From assembly GCF_000007985.2 (NCBI RefSeq), contig NC_002939.5:1440001-1472000 (forward strand): DNA of 32,000 nucleotides, in the 5' to 3' direction. Positions 8,726 to 17,782 of the stretch are shown piece by piece; the first letter of the stretch is position 1; each line of letters begins with the position of its first letter. The notes beneath the pieces are model-generated. The model did no database searches, was not told the DNA's origin, and saw only the letters and a program-made list of their open reading frames with translations. This DNA comes from Geobacter sulfurreducens PCA (lineage in GTDB: Bacteria; Desulfobacterota; Desulfuromonadia; Geobacterales; Geobacteraceae). Made by a program: the position numbers and the translations under genes.

Positions 8726-9169
8726 GTGGCCGGAGCCTCCGTCTCAATCCAACTGGCGGTGGCCGACCTGGACGCCACCGAAGCCTTTTACGTGGGAATC
8801 CTCGAACTGGACGTGAACCGCGCGCTCACCGCGCGGGGCGCGCCCGAGCACCTGGAGTTGCGCAGCGGCGACTGGGAGATCATCTTCGTGGATGAGTCTG
8901 CCGTGGTCCAGGCCCACCCTTTCCTGGGCGAGCGCCTGGAGGAGTACCCCAAGGGCGTGGGGATGACGATCCATGTGCAGGTGCAGGGGATAGAGGATAT
9001 CTTCGACGCGGTGGTGGAGGAGGGGCTCGACGTGGTCTATCCCCTGGAGGAAAAGCCTTACGGCGTCAAACAGTTCTGGTGCTTCGACCCGGACGGTTAC
9101 CTGCTGGTGGTGGAGGAGCCGCACCGGTCGCGCAGGGCCAACAGCGTGCGGAAAAATAAAGGGGCGTGA
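8726..9169 (+). CDS. VOC (glyoxalase/bleomycin resistance/dioxygenase) family protein
   Basis: 147 aa. GTG start 2 nt after the ccdA stop. Pattern IQLAVADLDATEAFY...LEL...DPDGYLLVV is typical of VOC folds. Family call is moderate. Confidence 0.7.
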   Translation: MAGASVSIQLAVADLDATEAFYVGILELDVNRALTARGAPEHLELRSGDWEIIFVDESAVVQAHPFLGERLEEYPKGVGMTIHVQVQGIEDIFDAVVEEGLDVVYPLEEKPYGVKQFWCFDPDGYLLVVEEPHRSRRANSVRKNKGA

Positions 9170-9185
9170 TCACTCACGCCCCTTT
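9158..9185. terminator. Hairpin between convergent genes (likely bidirectional terminator)
   Basis: AAAGGGGCGTGA-tcac-TCACGCCCCTTT, a perfect 12-bp stem, flanked by A-rich sequence upstream and T-rich (TTGTTGT) sequence downstream. Confidence 0.6.
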
Positions 9186-9233
9186 GTTGTCCTTCTTCTC
9201 GTTCTTCCCGCCGGGAGAACAGGTGTCCGCCAT

Positions 9234-9323
9234 TCAGGTCGGTACCCCGAGCCGGGGCAGGATGAATTTGTTGAGTACGATCCAGAACGCCAAAAAACCA
9301 AGCATATACAGTAGTTCTTGCAT
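9234..9323 (-). CDS. 29-codon small hydrophobic ORF (MQELLYMLGFLAFWIVLNKFILPRLGVPT), ends at TGA
   Basis: Too short for the ORF track. Strong RBS AAAGGAGGTGCAACG-ATG. One predicted TM helix. See the finding on possible TGA recoding. Confidence 0.45.
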   Translation of the reverse strand: MQELLYMLGFLAFWIVLNKFILPRLGVPT

Positions 9324-9601
9324 CGTTGCACCTCCTTTAACAATCCTATCAGATAGTCGGATTATTGAATAGAGGTTTTTGTTTTCACGTTGTCACATCT
9401 GGTTTCTGCTGGTGTAAAGGGGGCCGGGTACTCTCCCTCCGGAAAAAATCCAAGCGTCGCCTTCGTTCCCCGATTCGACTGAACAGCCCATTGCGCCGAC
9501 TTCCTGCCGCACTGGCACCCTGTTTTTTGCGGGACTGTTTTCTCCGCGAGAGTACCCAGTCCCAGTAGGTGACCGGCGGTGGAAATGTTGATAATGCAGG
9601 A

Positions 9602-9925
9602 TTACGACGGCCGTTTTTTCCCCGGTCTGCCGCCCGGTCCGGGCTTCCCGCGGCGAGGAGCGGGACGGGTGGCCTGCTTCTGGGGGCGCGCCACGCTCAC
9701 GGTGATCACCCGGTTCCTGAGCAGTGCCCCGTCAAGGGTCTCGATCGCCTCTTTCGCCTCCTCCTCGGTGAGCATCCTCACGTAACCGCACCCCTTGGAC
9801 CTGCCCGTTTCGGGATCGGTGATGATGTGGACCGATGTCACCGTGCCGGCCACCGAAAACAGCCGCCGCAGATCGTCCTCCGTTGCCTCGTACGACATAT
9901 GCCCCACATAGAGCTCTTTGGCCAT
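9602..9925 (-). CDS. RRM-type RNA-binding protein with basic Arg/Pro/Gly/Lys-rich tail
   Basis: RNP2 LYVGHM and RNP1 KGCGYVRM. ATG at 9925 (the track begins at an upstream TTG). C-terminal tail ARPQKQATRPAPRRGKPGPGGRPGKKRPS. Confidence 0.9.
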   Translation of the reverse strand: MAKELYVGHMSYEATEDDLRRLFSVAGTVTSVHIITDPETGRSKGCGYVRMLTEEEAKEAIETLDGALLRNRVITVSVARPQKQATRPAPRRGKPGPGGRPGKKRPS

Positions 9926-10280
9926 GGTCAACCCTTTCGTGTGTCATTGGAGTGCCTGATCCTGCATGGCCGCTCCGCAGGCTGAAGCTGCCGCCCCACA
10001 ATAGCTTTTCAACAGCCTGCAGGTGGAAGTCAGGGGGTGGAAGGTTATTAACACATACTCTCCCCGGGCACAAGGTTTCCTTCTCCAGTCGCGAATGGAA
10101 GAGTGACAGGGTGGTGTCGGCGAATCAAGGGGGGCGTGATTGCCGGCCGCAAGTATCCCCTTGCGGGCGGCGCATGGTGATGGCAGTATGTCAGTGAAAT
10201 CGATGCCCACACGGCCTCATGATGAATTCCGGAGCGGGAACGTCACTCCGCTCCCCGCAGCCATTGTGAAGGACTCCCCC

Positions 10281-12584
10281 ATGCCCGTGATGAAGAGGTC
10301 TGAAGACGGTTCGCTCCTGATCCCCGCCGATCTGCTGGGACCCCTCGGACTTGCGCCCGGCGACCGGGTGGCGGTGGAGGCGGACGCAGAGGGGCGCCTG
10401 GTGCTGACCCGGTCCGCGGCCCGGGAGCCATCGGTTGAGGTGAGCCTCCGGCAGGCCATTGCGCGCAAGAACCTTGAGACCCCCATGCAGTTCATCAAGG
10501 GGGTGGGGCCGAAGATGGCCGAGATCCTGGCGCGGAAGGGGATCGTCACCGTGGAGGATGCGCTCTACCTGCTCCCGAACCGCTACGAGGACCGCCGCCA
10601 AGTGGTGCCCATGAACCGGCTCCGCCCCGGTGAGACCTGCGTGTTTGCAGGGGAGGTGGTGTCGGCCGACGTGGTGACCACCAAGGGGGGGCGCCGCTTC
10701 TTCGAGGTGATGGCGCGGGATGCGAGCGGTGTCATGTCCTTCAAGTGGTTCAACTACCATGCGGCCTTCATGCGCAAGGCCTGGCAGCCGGGCCGGCGGG
10801 GAATCTTCACCGGCCAGGTGACCCAGTACGGTCTCCAGCGTGAGGTACATCATCCGGACGTTGACTGGCTGGCCGAGGGGGAGACGGTGGAGGCGGCCAT
10901 GGCGCGGGACCCGGTGGGATTCGGCCGGCTGGTGCCGGTCTATCCGCTCACCGAGGGGCTGAACCAGAAGGCGCTGCGCAAGGTCATGAAGGAGGTGGTG
11001 GACCGCTTCGCCCCCTGCGTGGAGAGCGCCCTGCCGGCCCGGGTGATCCGTGAGCGGGCGCTGCTGCCCCTGGCCGAGGCCCTGGGAGCGGTCCATTTCC
11101 CGGCTGCCGACGCCGATCCGCGTGCCCTGGAGGAGGGGCGGGACCCGGCCCACCGGACCCTGGTTTTCGACGAATTCTTCTTCCTGGAGCTGGGGCTGGC
11201 GCTCAAGCGGCGGGGAGTGACCCTGGAACCGGGAATCGCGTTTTCCGTGAACCACACATACACCAAGCCGCTCCTGAAGCTGCTTCCCTTTGCCCTGACA
11301 GAGGCCCAGCGCCGGGTCCTGGCCGAGATCAAGGCCGACATGATGGCGCCCCACCCCATGCACCGGCTGGTGCAGGGGGACGTGGGCTGCGGCAAGACCC
11401 TGGTGGCGCTCCTGGCGGCGCTGGTGGCGGTGGAGAACGGCTACCAGGTGGCCATCATGGCTCCCACCGAGATCCTGGCCGAGCAGCACTACCTGAACAT
11501 CCACCGCTGGTGCGAGCAGTTGGGGGTGACCGTGGCGCTCCTCACGTCGTCCCTGAAGGGAAAGGCCAAGGCCGGAGCCCTGGAGCGGGTGGCGCGGGGC
11601 GAGGTGCAGATCGTGATCGGCACCCACGCAGTGATCCAGGACAAGGTGGAGTTCCACCGGCTGGGGCTCGGCATCGTGGACGAGCAGCACCGTTTCGGCG
11701 TGCTCCAGCGGGGGCTCCTGCGCAAGAAGGGGGAAAACCCGGACATCCTCGTGATGACCGCCACCCCGATCCCGCGCACCCTGGCCATGACCGTGTTCGG
11801 CGACCTGTCCCTGTCGGTCATCGACGAGCTCCCGCCGGGCCGCACCCCGGTGGAGACGAAGATCTGCACCGATTCCCGCCGCCGGCAGGTCTACGGCATC
11901 ATCCGCGACGAAGTGGCCGCGGGGCACCAGGCCTACGTCATCTACCCCCTGGTGGAGGAGTCGGAGAAGAGCGAGCTCAAGGCGGCCACCCAGATGGCCG
12001 AACACCTGGCCAATGACGTGTTCCCGGATCTGCGCCTCGGTGTTCTCCACGGCCGGATGAAGCCCGAGGAGAAGGAGGCGGTGATGCGCTCCTTCAAGGG
12101 ACGGGAGATCGACATCCTGGTTTCCACCACGGTCATCGAGGTGGGGATTGACGTGCCCAACGCCACGGTGATGGTGATCGAGCACGCGGAGCGGTTCGGC
12201 CTTTCCCAGCTCCACCAGCTGCGGGGGAGGGTGGGGCGCGGCAGTGCCACGTCCCGCTGCATCCTCATGGCGTCGGACCGGTTGTCCGATGACGGGGTCA
12301 AGCGGCTGCGGGTGATGGAATCGACCACCGACGGCTTCAGGATCGCCGAGGCTGATCTGGAGATCAGGGGGCCGGGCGATTTCCTCGGCACCCGCCAGGC
12401 GGGCATCCCCGATTTTCGCGTGGCCAACATCCTGCGGGACGGCCGCATCCTGGAAGAGGCCCGGGCCGAGGCTTTCGATCTGGCGGAGCGGGACCCTGAG
12501 TTGCGGGCCCCCGGCCACGAACCGCTCCGGGAGGAGCTGGCGCGGCGCTGGGGCGGCCGGCTGGAACTGGCCGGGGTGGCCTGA
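10281..12584 (+). CDS. recG: ATP-dependent DNA helicase RecG (start uncertain: open frame from 10140; ATGs at 10188, 10281, 10290)
   Basis: Motif I GDVGCGKT, motif II VDEQHRFG, TATPIPRT, VIEVGIDVPNA, QLRGRVGRG, plus the N-terminal wedge region (FIKGVGPKMAEIL...PNRYEDRR). GAAGGA lies 7 nt before ATG 10281. Confidence 0.9.
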   Translation: MPVMKRSEDGSLLIPADLLGPLGLAPGDRVAVEADAEGRLVLTRSAAREPSVEVSLRQAIARKNLETPMQFIKGVGPKMAEILARKGIVTVEDALYLLPNRYEDRRQVVPMNRLRPGETCVFAGEVVSADVVTTKGGRRFFEVMARDASGVMSFKWFNYHAAFMRKAWQPGRRGIFTGQVTQYGLQREVHHPDVDWLAEGETVEAAMARDPVGFGRLVPVYPLTEGLNQKALRKVMKEVVDRFAPCVESALPARVIRERALLPLAEALGAVHFPAADADPRALEEGRDPAHRTLVFDEFFFLELGLALKRRGVTLEPGIAFSVNHTYTKPLLKLLPFALTEAQRRVLAEIKADMMAPHPMHRLVQGDVGCGKTLVALLAALVAVENGYQVAIMAPTEILAEQHYLNIHRWCEQLGVTVALLTSSLKGKAKAGALERVARGEVQIVIGTHAVIQDKVEFHRLGLGIVDEQHRFGVLQRGLLRKKGENPDILVMTATPIPRTLAMTVFGDLSLSVIDELPPGRTPVETKICTDSRRRQVYGIIRDEVAAGHQAYVIYPLVEESEKSELKAATQMAEHLANDVFPDLRLGVLHGRMKPEEKEAVMRSFKGREIDILVSTTVIEVGIDVPNATVMVIEHAERFGLSQLHQLRGRVGRGSATSRCILMASDRLSDDGVKRLRVMESTTDGFRIAEADLEIRGPGDFLGTRQAGIPDFRVANILRDGRILEEARAEAFDLAERDPELRAPGHEPLREELARRWGGRLELAGVA

Positions 12585-12595
12585 GGAGCGAGACC

Positions 12596-13552
12596 ATGAC
12601 TGACTATGTATCGTTTTCCGCGTTTCTGGCGGAGTCCCCCGTGATCCTCGGCGAAGGGGCGGTTATCGAGCGCCTGCGCCGGGCCGGAGTGGACCTGGAC
12701 CCCTGGCTGGTGAATTCGGCCCTCGTGTACGCCCCCGCCGGCCGCGCCGCCTTGGCAACCATCTGTCGCGAGTACCTGGACATCGGGGCGCGTCACGATC
12801 TGCCGCTGCTCCTGTCCACCCCCACCTGGCGGGCCAGCCGGGAGCGGATCGAGGCGGCCGGACTGGCCGGCAGTGACGTGAACGGCGACAATTTCCGGTT
12901 TCTGGACGAGCTTCGGCGGAGCTACGGCGCCTACGGCCGGAAGGTTCTCATCTGCGGCCTCATGAGCTGCCGGGGAGATGCCTACCGGCCAGCCGAGGCC
13001 CTGTCGGAGGATGAAGCCCGCGAGTTTCACTCCTGGCAGGCCGATGCCCTGGCCGCCGCCGGAGTGGATTTCCTCCTGGCCGCCACGCTACCCGCCCTGG
13101 GCGAGGCCGTGGGGCTGGCCCGGGCCATGGCGGCCACCGGCATGCCCCACGTGGTGAGCTTTGTGGTGCGGCCCGGGGGGACGCTCCTGGACGGCACGCC
13201 GCTGCGGGAGGCGGTGGCGGCCCTGGATGCCGCCGTGAGCCCCCGGCCCGTGGCCTATCTGGTGAACTGCACCCATGCCTCGTTTTTCCGGAGCGCGCTC
13301 CTGCACGAGGCCAACTCGTCGCCCCTGGTGCGCCAACGGGTGGTGGGGCTGCTGGCCAATACCGCGGCCCTCTCACCCGAGGAACTGGACAATGCGGCCG
13401 AACTGGTGGAGGAGTCCCCCGGGACCTTCGGCCGCACCGTGGCCGCCCTTCACCGGGACCTGGGGATGAAGGTGCTGGGCGGCTGCTGCGGCACCGACGG
13501 CCGGCACATCGAATGTCTGGCGGCTGAGCTCTCCGGCTCTCCCGTCCGCTGA
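12596..13552 (+). CDS. Homocysteine S-methyltransferase family protein
   Basis: 318 aa. Candidate Zn-ligand cysteines in LVNCTH and GGCCGTD near the C-terminus, typical of the S-methyl_trans domain. RBS GAGGAG. Confidence 0.8.
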   Translation: MTDYVSFSAFLAESPVILGEGAVIERLRRAGVDLDPWLVNSALVYAPAGRAALATICREYLDIGARHDLPLLLSTPTWRASRERIEAAGLAGSDVNGDNFRFLDELRRSYGAYGRKVLICGLMSCRGDAYRPAEALSEDEAREFHSWQADALAAAGVDFLLAATLPALGEAVGLARAMAATGMPHVVSFVVRPGGTLLDGTPLREAVAALDAAVSPRPVAYLVNCTHASFFRSALLHEANSSPLVRQRVVGLLANTAALSPEELDNAAELVEESPGTFGRTVAALHRDLGMKVLGGCCGTDGRHIECLAAELSGSPVR

Positions 13553-13588
13553 TCAGTACGACCACTTATCACACAGAGGAGGAACACC

Positions 13589-13903
13589 ATGTCCGAATTC
13601 ACCAACGTAACCATCATCCGCGAGGCCAACGTCTACTTCGACGGCGGCGTCGTGAGCCGCACCGTCGTGTTCCCCGACGGCACGAAGAAGACCCTCGGCA
13701 TCATGCAGCCGGGCGAGTACACCTTCACCACCGGCGCGCCCGAGATCATGGAGATCCTTTCCGGCGAGCTGGATCTCAAGCTGCCGGGCAGCGATGCGTG
13801 GAACCGCGTCGGCGGGGGTGAGTCCTTCGATGTGCCGGCCAATTCATCCTTTACCATGAAGGTGCTGTCCCTTACCGATTACTGCTGCTCGTTCCTCGGC
13901 TAG
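13589..13903 (+). CDS. ppnP: Pyrimidine/purine nucleoside phosphorylase PpnP (DUF1255/YaiE family)
   Basis: 104 aa. Recognisably colinear with E. coli YaiE (GEYTFTT..PEIMEILSGEL..LPG...W......SF.VPANS.F...V...TDYCC). RBS AGAGGAGGA. Confidence 0.85.
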   Translation: MSEFTNVTIIREANVYFDGGVVSRTVVFPDGTKKTLGIMQPGEYTFTTGAPEIMEILSGELDLKLPGSDAWNRVGGGESFDVPANSSFTMKVLSLTDYCCSFLG

Positions 13904-13939
13904 GCCGGCATCGTCTCGAACCGCTCCGGCAGACCGCCC

Positions 13940-14884
13940 ATGTGCGTCCCTTCCACCCCCCAGCCGCCGGTTATCGGCCGCTTCGCCCCGTCCCCCACGG
14001 GGCCGCTCCACGTGGGCTCCCTCGTGGCGGCGGTGGCGAGCTACGCCATGGCCCGGCGCCAGGGGGGGCTCTGGCTCGTCCGCATGGAGGACCTGGATAC
14101 CCCCCGGGTGGTGCCGGGGATGGCGGATGACATCCTGCGGACCCTGGAGTGCCTGGGGTTTGACTGGGATGGCGACATCATGCGGCAGAGCCGCCGCGCC
14201 GACGCCTACGGGGCCGCCCTCCAACGGCTCCTGGCGGCAGGGCACGCCTACCCCTGCGGCTGCTCCCGGGCCGAGATCGCCCGGGCAGCCACCGCCCCCC
14301 ACGACGGGGATGGCGAGATCCCCTATCCAAATCTTTGCCGCCGGGGACTCCCGCCGGGCAAGGAACCCCGCTCCTTTCGCGTGCGGGTGCCGGCGGAGCC
14401 GGTGGAGTTCACGGATCTGGTCATGGGACCGCAGCACCACGACCTCCCTGCGATGTGCGGCGACTTCGTGATCAAGCGGGCAGACGGTCTCTTCGCCTAC
14501 CAGCTGGCCGTGGTGGTGGATGACGAGGCCCAGGGGGTGACCCAGGTGGTGCGCGGCGCCGACCTCCTTTCCTCTACCCCCCGGCAGATCGTGCTCCAGC
14601 GGCTACTCGGCTTCGACACCCCCGTCTATGCCCACGTGCCGCTGGTGACAGGCCCCGGCGGCGGCAAGCTCTCCAAGCGGGACAACGCCCTGTCCCTGGC
14701 CGCCGGCCGTGATCTGACGCGGGAAGGGGGCATGCTTCTGCTGGCCGCCCTTCGCTTCCTGGGGCAGTCCCCGCCCGCGGAACTGGCCGGGGCATCCGGT
14801 GCCCGCGTACTCCGCTGGGCCGCCGGCAATTTCGAGCCGTCGGCAATTCCGACCGCGGCCGCCCCCTTTCACGCTTCCCCCTGA
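13940..14884 (+). CDS. gluQ: Glutamyl-Q tRNA(Asp) synthetase (GluQRS/YadB)
   Basis: 314 aa, truncated GluRS-like catalytic domain. GRFAPSPTGPLHVGSL (HIGH-type) and KLSKR (KMSKS-type). No anticodon-binding domain. Confidence 0.9.
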   Translation: MCVPSTPQPPVIGRFAPSPTGPLHVGSLVAAVASYAMARRQGGLWLVRMEDLDTPRVVPGMADDILRTLECLGFDWDGDIMRQSRRADAYGAALQRLLAAGHAYPCGCSRAEIARAATAPHDGDGEIPYPNLCRRGLPPGKEPRSFRVRVPAEPVEFTDLVMGPQHHDLPAMCGDFVIKRADGLFAYQLAVVVDDEAQGVTQVVRGADLLSSTPRQIVLQRLLGFDTPVYAHVPLVTGPGGGKLSKRDNALSLAAGRDLTREGGMLLLAALRFLGQSPPAELAGASGARVLRWAAGNFEPSAIPTAAAPFHASP

Positions 14885-14935
14885 AACCCGCCGTTTCCAT
14901 CCCTTGATGTCATGCCGGAATCCATTGGCCCGTCA

Positions 14936-14963
14936 TTGCGCAAGCTCGTTACGGGTCTATACT
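14936..14963 (+). promoter_or_regulatory. Candidate sigma-70 promoter of the RND efflux operon (TTGCGC-16 nt-TATACT)
   Basis: Read by eye: -35 at 14936-14941, -10 at 14958-14963. About 150 nt upstream of the preferred start of the outer membrane factor gene. Confidence 0.4.
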
Positions 14964-14969
14964 TTTCGC

Positions 14970-14999
14970 AGAATATTCTCCGCTGCTGTGGAATATTCT
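14970..14999 (+). promoter_or_regulatory. Twin palindromic boxes AGAATATTCT / GAATATTCT spaced exactly 20 bp apart (candidate operator)
   Basis: GAATATTCT occurs at 14971-14979 and 14991-14999. The first is embedded in the perfect 10-nt palindrome AGAATATTCT (14970-14979). They lie immediately downstream of the candidate -10. Confidence 0.35.
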
Positions 15000-15112
15000 T
15001 CACCGCCCGGCGGTCAGCTACGATGCGCCGCACGGACTTTCAACCGGTTACGGCATGGCACGGCCTGTGTAATGCCGATCTGAGACCCTATCCAGAGGTA
15101 CCGGAGACTGAA

Positions 15113-16393
15113 ATGATCACTTGCATCCTGAGGACCCTTCTCGCATCGGCGGTTTGCGTCCTGCTCCTTGCCGGCCCGGCCCGGTCCGGAGATGCTCCGG
15201 CCGGGGAGGATCTGAACTCCCTGGTGAGCCGCGCCCTTGCCGTCAACCCGGAGCTCAAGGCTTCCGAGGCCCGGTGGGAGATGTTCCGCAACCGCGTGGC
15301 CCAGGCCGGCGCCCTGGCCGACCCCATGCTCATGTTCAAGCTCCAGAACTTTCTCCTGCGCGATCCCCTGGACAGCCGGCGGGACCCCATGAGCCAGCGG
15401 GTGATCGGCATCTCCCAGGAGCTTCCCTTCTGGGGCAAGCGCGCCCTGAAGACCGAGATCGCCGACCGGGAGGCCGAGGCCCTCAGGTGGCAGGTGGAGG
15501 AGCGCAAGCTGGAGCTGGCCCGCATGGTCAAGGAGACCTGGTACCAGCTCTACCTGGTTGATCGGGAGCTGGATATCGTGGAACGCAACATCCGGGTGAT
15601 GGACGACTTCGTCACCCTGGCCGAAACCCGTTACTCGGTGGGGCAGGGGGCCCAGCAGGACGTGTTCAAGGGACAGGTGGAGCGTTCCCGGATGCTCGAC
15701 ATGCAGATCGCCCTCGCGCAGCAGCGCACGAGCCTCCAGGCCACCCTCAACACCCTCCTCTTCAGGCCGGCCGAGACCCCGGTGGGGCGCGTGCCGGACC
15801 TGGAGATCCGCCCCATTTCCCTCTCAGCCGCCGAGTTGCGTGCCCTGGCCGAGGAGAACCGTCCCCAGTTCAGGAGCGTGCGGGCCCAGTTGGAAAAGGG
15901 GGCGGCAGGGCACCGGCTGGCCGGCCTGGAATCATTCCCGGACGTGACCCTCTCCCTTGAGTACATGCAGCGGGACCCCTCCATGGATGAGCGGGGGTAC
16001 GACATGTACTCGGTGGGGCTCACCTTCAATCTGCCGGTGCAGCGGGAGCGCCGCCGCGCCATGGCCCGGGAGTCCGTGGCCGAGACGGACATGGCCCGGG
16101 CCGAGCTGAACACCCTGAACAATGCCATTGCCTTGGGCATCGCCGACAGCCTGGCCCGGCTGGAACGCAGCGAAAAACTGGCGCAGCTCTACCGCACGGG
16201 GATTATCCCCCAGGCCGAGCAGTCGCTGGAATCGGCCACCATCGGCTACCGGGTGGGGAAGGTCGATTTCCTCTCCCTGCTGGACGCCCGGGTTACGGTC
16301 TTCAATTACGAACGCCAGTACTACGAGGCCCTGGCCGAGCACGGCATGCGCCGGGCCCAGCTGGAGGCGCTGGTGGGGAGGGAACTGGAGTGA
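15113..16393 (+). CDS. cusC: Outer membrane efflux protein (TolC/OMF family) of heavy-metal RND system
   Basis: Track ORF 14912-16393. ATG 15113 begins a signal peptide [26 protein letters not shown] (no lipobox). Two-repeat OEP pattern. Stop overlaps the next gene's frame (GTG 16390). Confidence 0.85.
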   Translation: MITCILRTLLASAVCVLLLAGPARSGDAPAGEDLNSLVSRALAVNPELKASEARWEMFRNRVAQAGALADPMLMFKLQNFLLRDPLDSRRDPMSQRVIGISQELPFWGKRALKTEIADREAEALRWQVEERKLELARMVKETWYQLYLVDRELDIVERNIRVMDDFVTLAETRYSVGQGAQQDVFKGQVERSRMLDMQIALAQQRTSLQATLNTLLFRPAETPVGRVPDLEIRPISLSAAELRALAEENRPQFRSVRAQLEKGAAGHRLAGLESFPDVTLSLEYMQRDPSMDERGYDMYSVGLTFNLPVQRERRRAMARESVAETDMARAELNTLNNAIALGIADSLARLERSEKLAQLYRTGIIPQAEQSLESATIGYRVGKVDFLSLLDARVTVFNYERQYYEALAEHGMRRAQLEALVGRELE

Positions 16394-16416
16394 GCCGCCA
16401 TCGCGAGGGATATGCC

Positions 16417-17772
16417 ATGTTGTTCACGAGAAGGATCATGCTGCCGCTGGTGGCGCTTCTGCTGGCCCTGGTCGCTGCTGGCTGCCAGAAGCAGGGGGCC
16501 GAAGCCCCCAAAGGGGACGGCCACGACCACGCCGCCGAGGCCAAGGTCGAGTACACCTGCCCCATGCACCCCTTCATCATCAAGGACAAGCCCGGATCAT
16601 GTCCTATCTGCGGCATGGACCTGGTGAAGAAGGTCGCCGGAGCCGGCGCCGACGCCAAGGAACTGGAGAAGCTCGCCCAGGTAGCCATCCCCACCACCCA
16701 GATGGTGATGGCCAACGTGGCGACCCAGCCCGTGACGGCCAAAAGCCTCCAGAAGGAGATCACCGCCACGGGGATCGTGGCCTACGACCAGCGGCGCCAG
16801 GCCAAGGTAACCGCCTGGGTGGCGGGGCGGATCGATCGGCTCAACGTCAACGCGGTCGGCGACTTCGTCTCCAGGGGACGGCCGGTGGCGGAACTCTATT
16901 CGCCCGACCTGGTCTCGGCCCAGCAAGAGTATCTCCTGGCCCTCAAGAGCCGCGACCGGCTCAAGGACTCTCCCATCGCCTCCATCTCCCAGGGGGGAGA
17001 GGGGCTCGTGGCTTCCGCTCGGCAGCGGCTCCTGCTCATGGGAGTGAAGGAACAGCAGATCGCCGGTCTGGAAAAGGCGGGACAGCCCAACATCAAGCTC
17101 CCCGTCTATACCCCCCTCTCCGGCGTGGTGATCGAAAAGATCGCCATCGAAGGGCAGTACGTGAACATGGGCGATCCCCTCTTCACCATCGCCGACCTCT
17201 CCACGGTCTGGGTCGAGGCCGAGATCTACGAGAGCGACGTCTCCTTCGTCAAGGTGGGGCAGCGGGTCGAGGTGACTTCTGCCTCGTGGCCGGGCAAGAC
17301 CTTTGCGGGGCGCATCTCCCTGGTCTATCCGTTCCTCGATCCCAAGACTCGGACCATCAAGGCCCGGATCGAGCTCTCCAACCCTGGGCTGAAGCTGAAG
17401 CCCGACATGTTCGTCAACGCCGCCATCAAGATGCCCCTGGGCTCGGCCGTTGTCGTCCCCGCTGCGGCGGTGATGGATACCGGAACCCGGCAGGTGGTCT
17501 GGGTGCAGGTGAAGGAGGGGACCTTCCAGCCCCGCGACGTGAAGGTGGGGGCGAGGGTCGGCGACGAGGTGCAGGTACTCTCGGGGCTGACGGCGGGCGA
17601 AGTGATCGCCTCCTCCGGCGCGTACCTCATCGACTCGGAATCGCAGTTGCGGGGCGGCTCCGGCACGGGCCACGAAGGGATGCCCGGCATGGAAAAGGAA
17701 GGGGTGAAACCGGCCCCGGCCGCGCCTCCCGCCAAGAAGAACGACATGGGCATGGATGACATGAAGATGTGA
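16417..17772 (+). CDS. cusB: RND periplasmic adaptor (membrane fusion protein), CusB-like, with N-terminal Cys4 metal-binding ribbon and Met/His-rich C-tail
   Basis: ATG 16417 gives a lipoprotein signal [31 protein letters not shown] heavy-metal-binding domain. HlyD-like barrel-sandwich/beta-barrel core. Tail [11 protein letters not shown]...[10 protein letters not shown]. Confidence 0.9.
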   Translation: MLFTRRIMLPLVALLLALVAAGCQKQGAEAPKGDGHDHAAEAKVEYTCPMHPFIIKDKPGSCPICGMDLVKKVAGAGADAKELEKLAQVAIPTTQMVMANVATQPVTAKSLQKEITATGIVAYDQRRQAKVTAWVAGRIDRLNVNAVGDFVSRGRPVAELYSPDLVSAQQEYLLALKSRDRLKDSPIASISQGGEGLVASARQRLLLMGVKEQQIAGLEKAGQPNIKLPVYTPLSGVVIEKIAIEGQYVNMGDPLFTIADLSTVWVEAEIYESDVSFVKVGQRVEVTSASWPGKTFAGRISLVYPFLDPKTRTIKARIELSNPGLKLKPDMFVNAAIKMPLGSAVVVPAAAVMDTGTRQVVWVQVKEGTFQPRDVKVGARVGDEVQVLSGLTAGEVIASSGAYLIDSESQLRGGSGTGHEGMPGMEKEGVKPAPAAPPAKKNDMGMDDMKM

Positions 17773-17782
17773 TGGAGCCGTC

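Noticed and set aside
9166-9372. 68-aa plus-strand ORF in the 9.2-kb spacer, and the ORFs at 9365-9568, 9569-9985 and 9579-9785
   Set aside because: They overlap the terminator, the RBS-supported minus-strand micro-ORF or the RRM gene. They have no RBS and a low-complexity translation.
9513-9530. Sigma-54-like TGGCACC...TTTTGC
   Set aside because: There are 13 nt between GG and GC, and no plus-strand gene lies downstream.
10191-12518. 775-aa minus-strand ORF
   Set aside because: Antisense to recG, with an Arg/Gly/His/Pro-rich translation and no domain signatures.
14926-14940. Sigma-54-like TGGCCCGTCATTGCG upstream of the efflux operon
   Set aside because: Only 9 nt separate GG from GC, and the -24/-12 spacing of 10 nt is essentially invariant.
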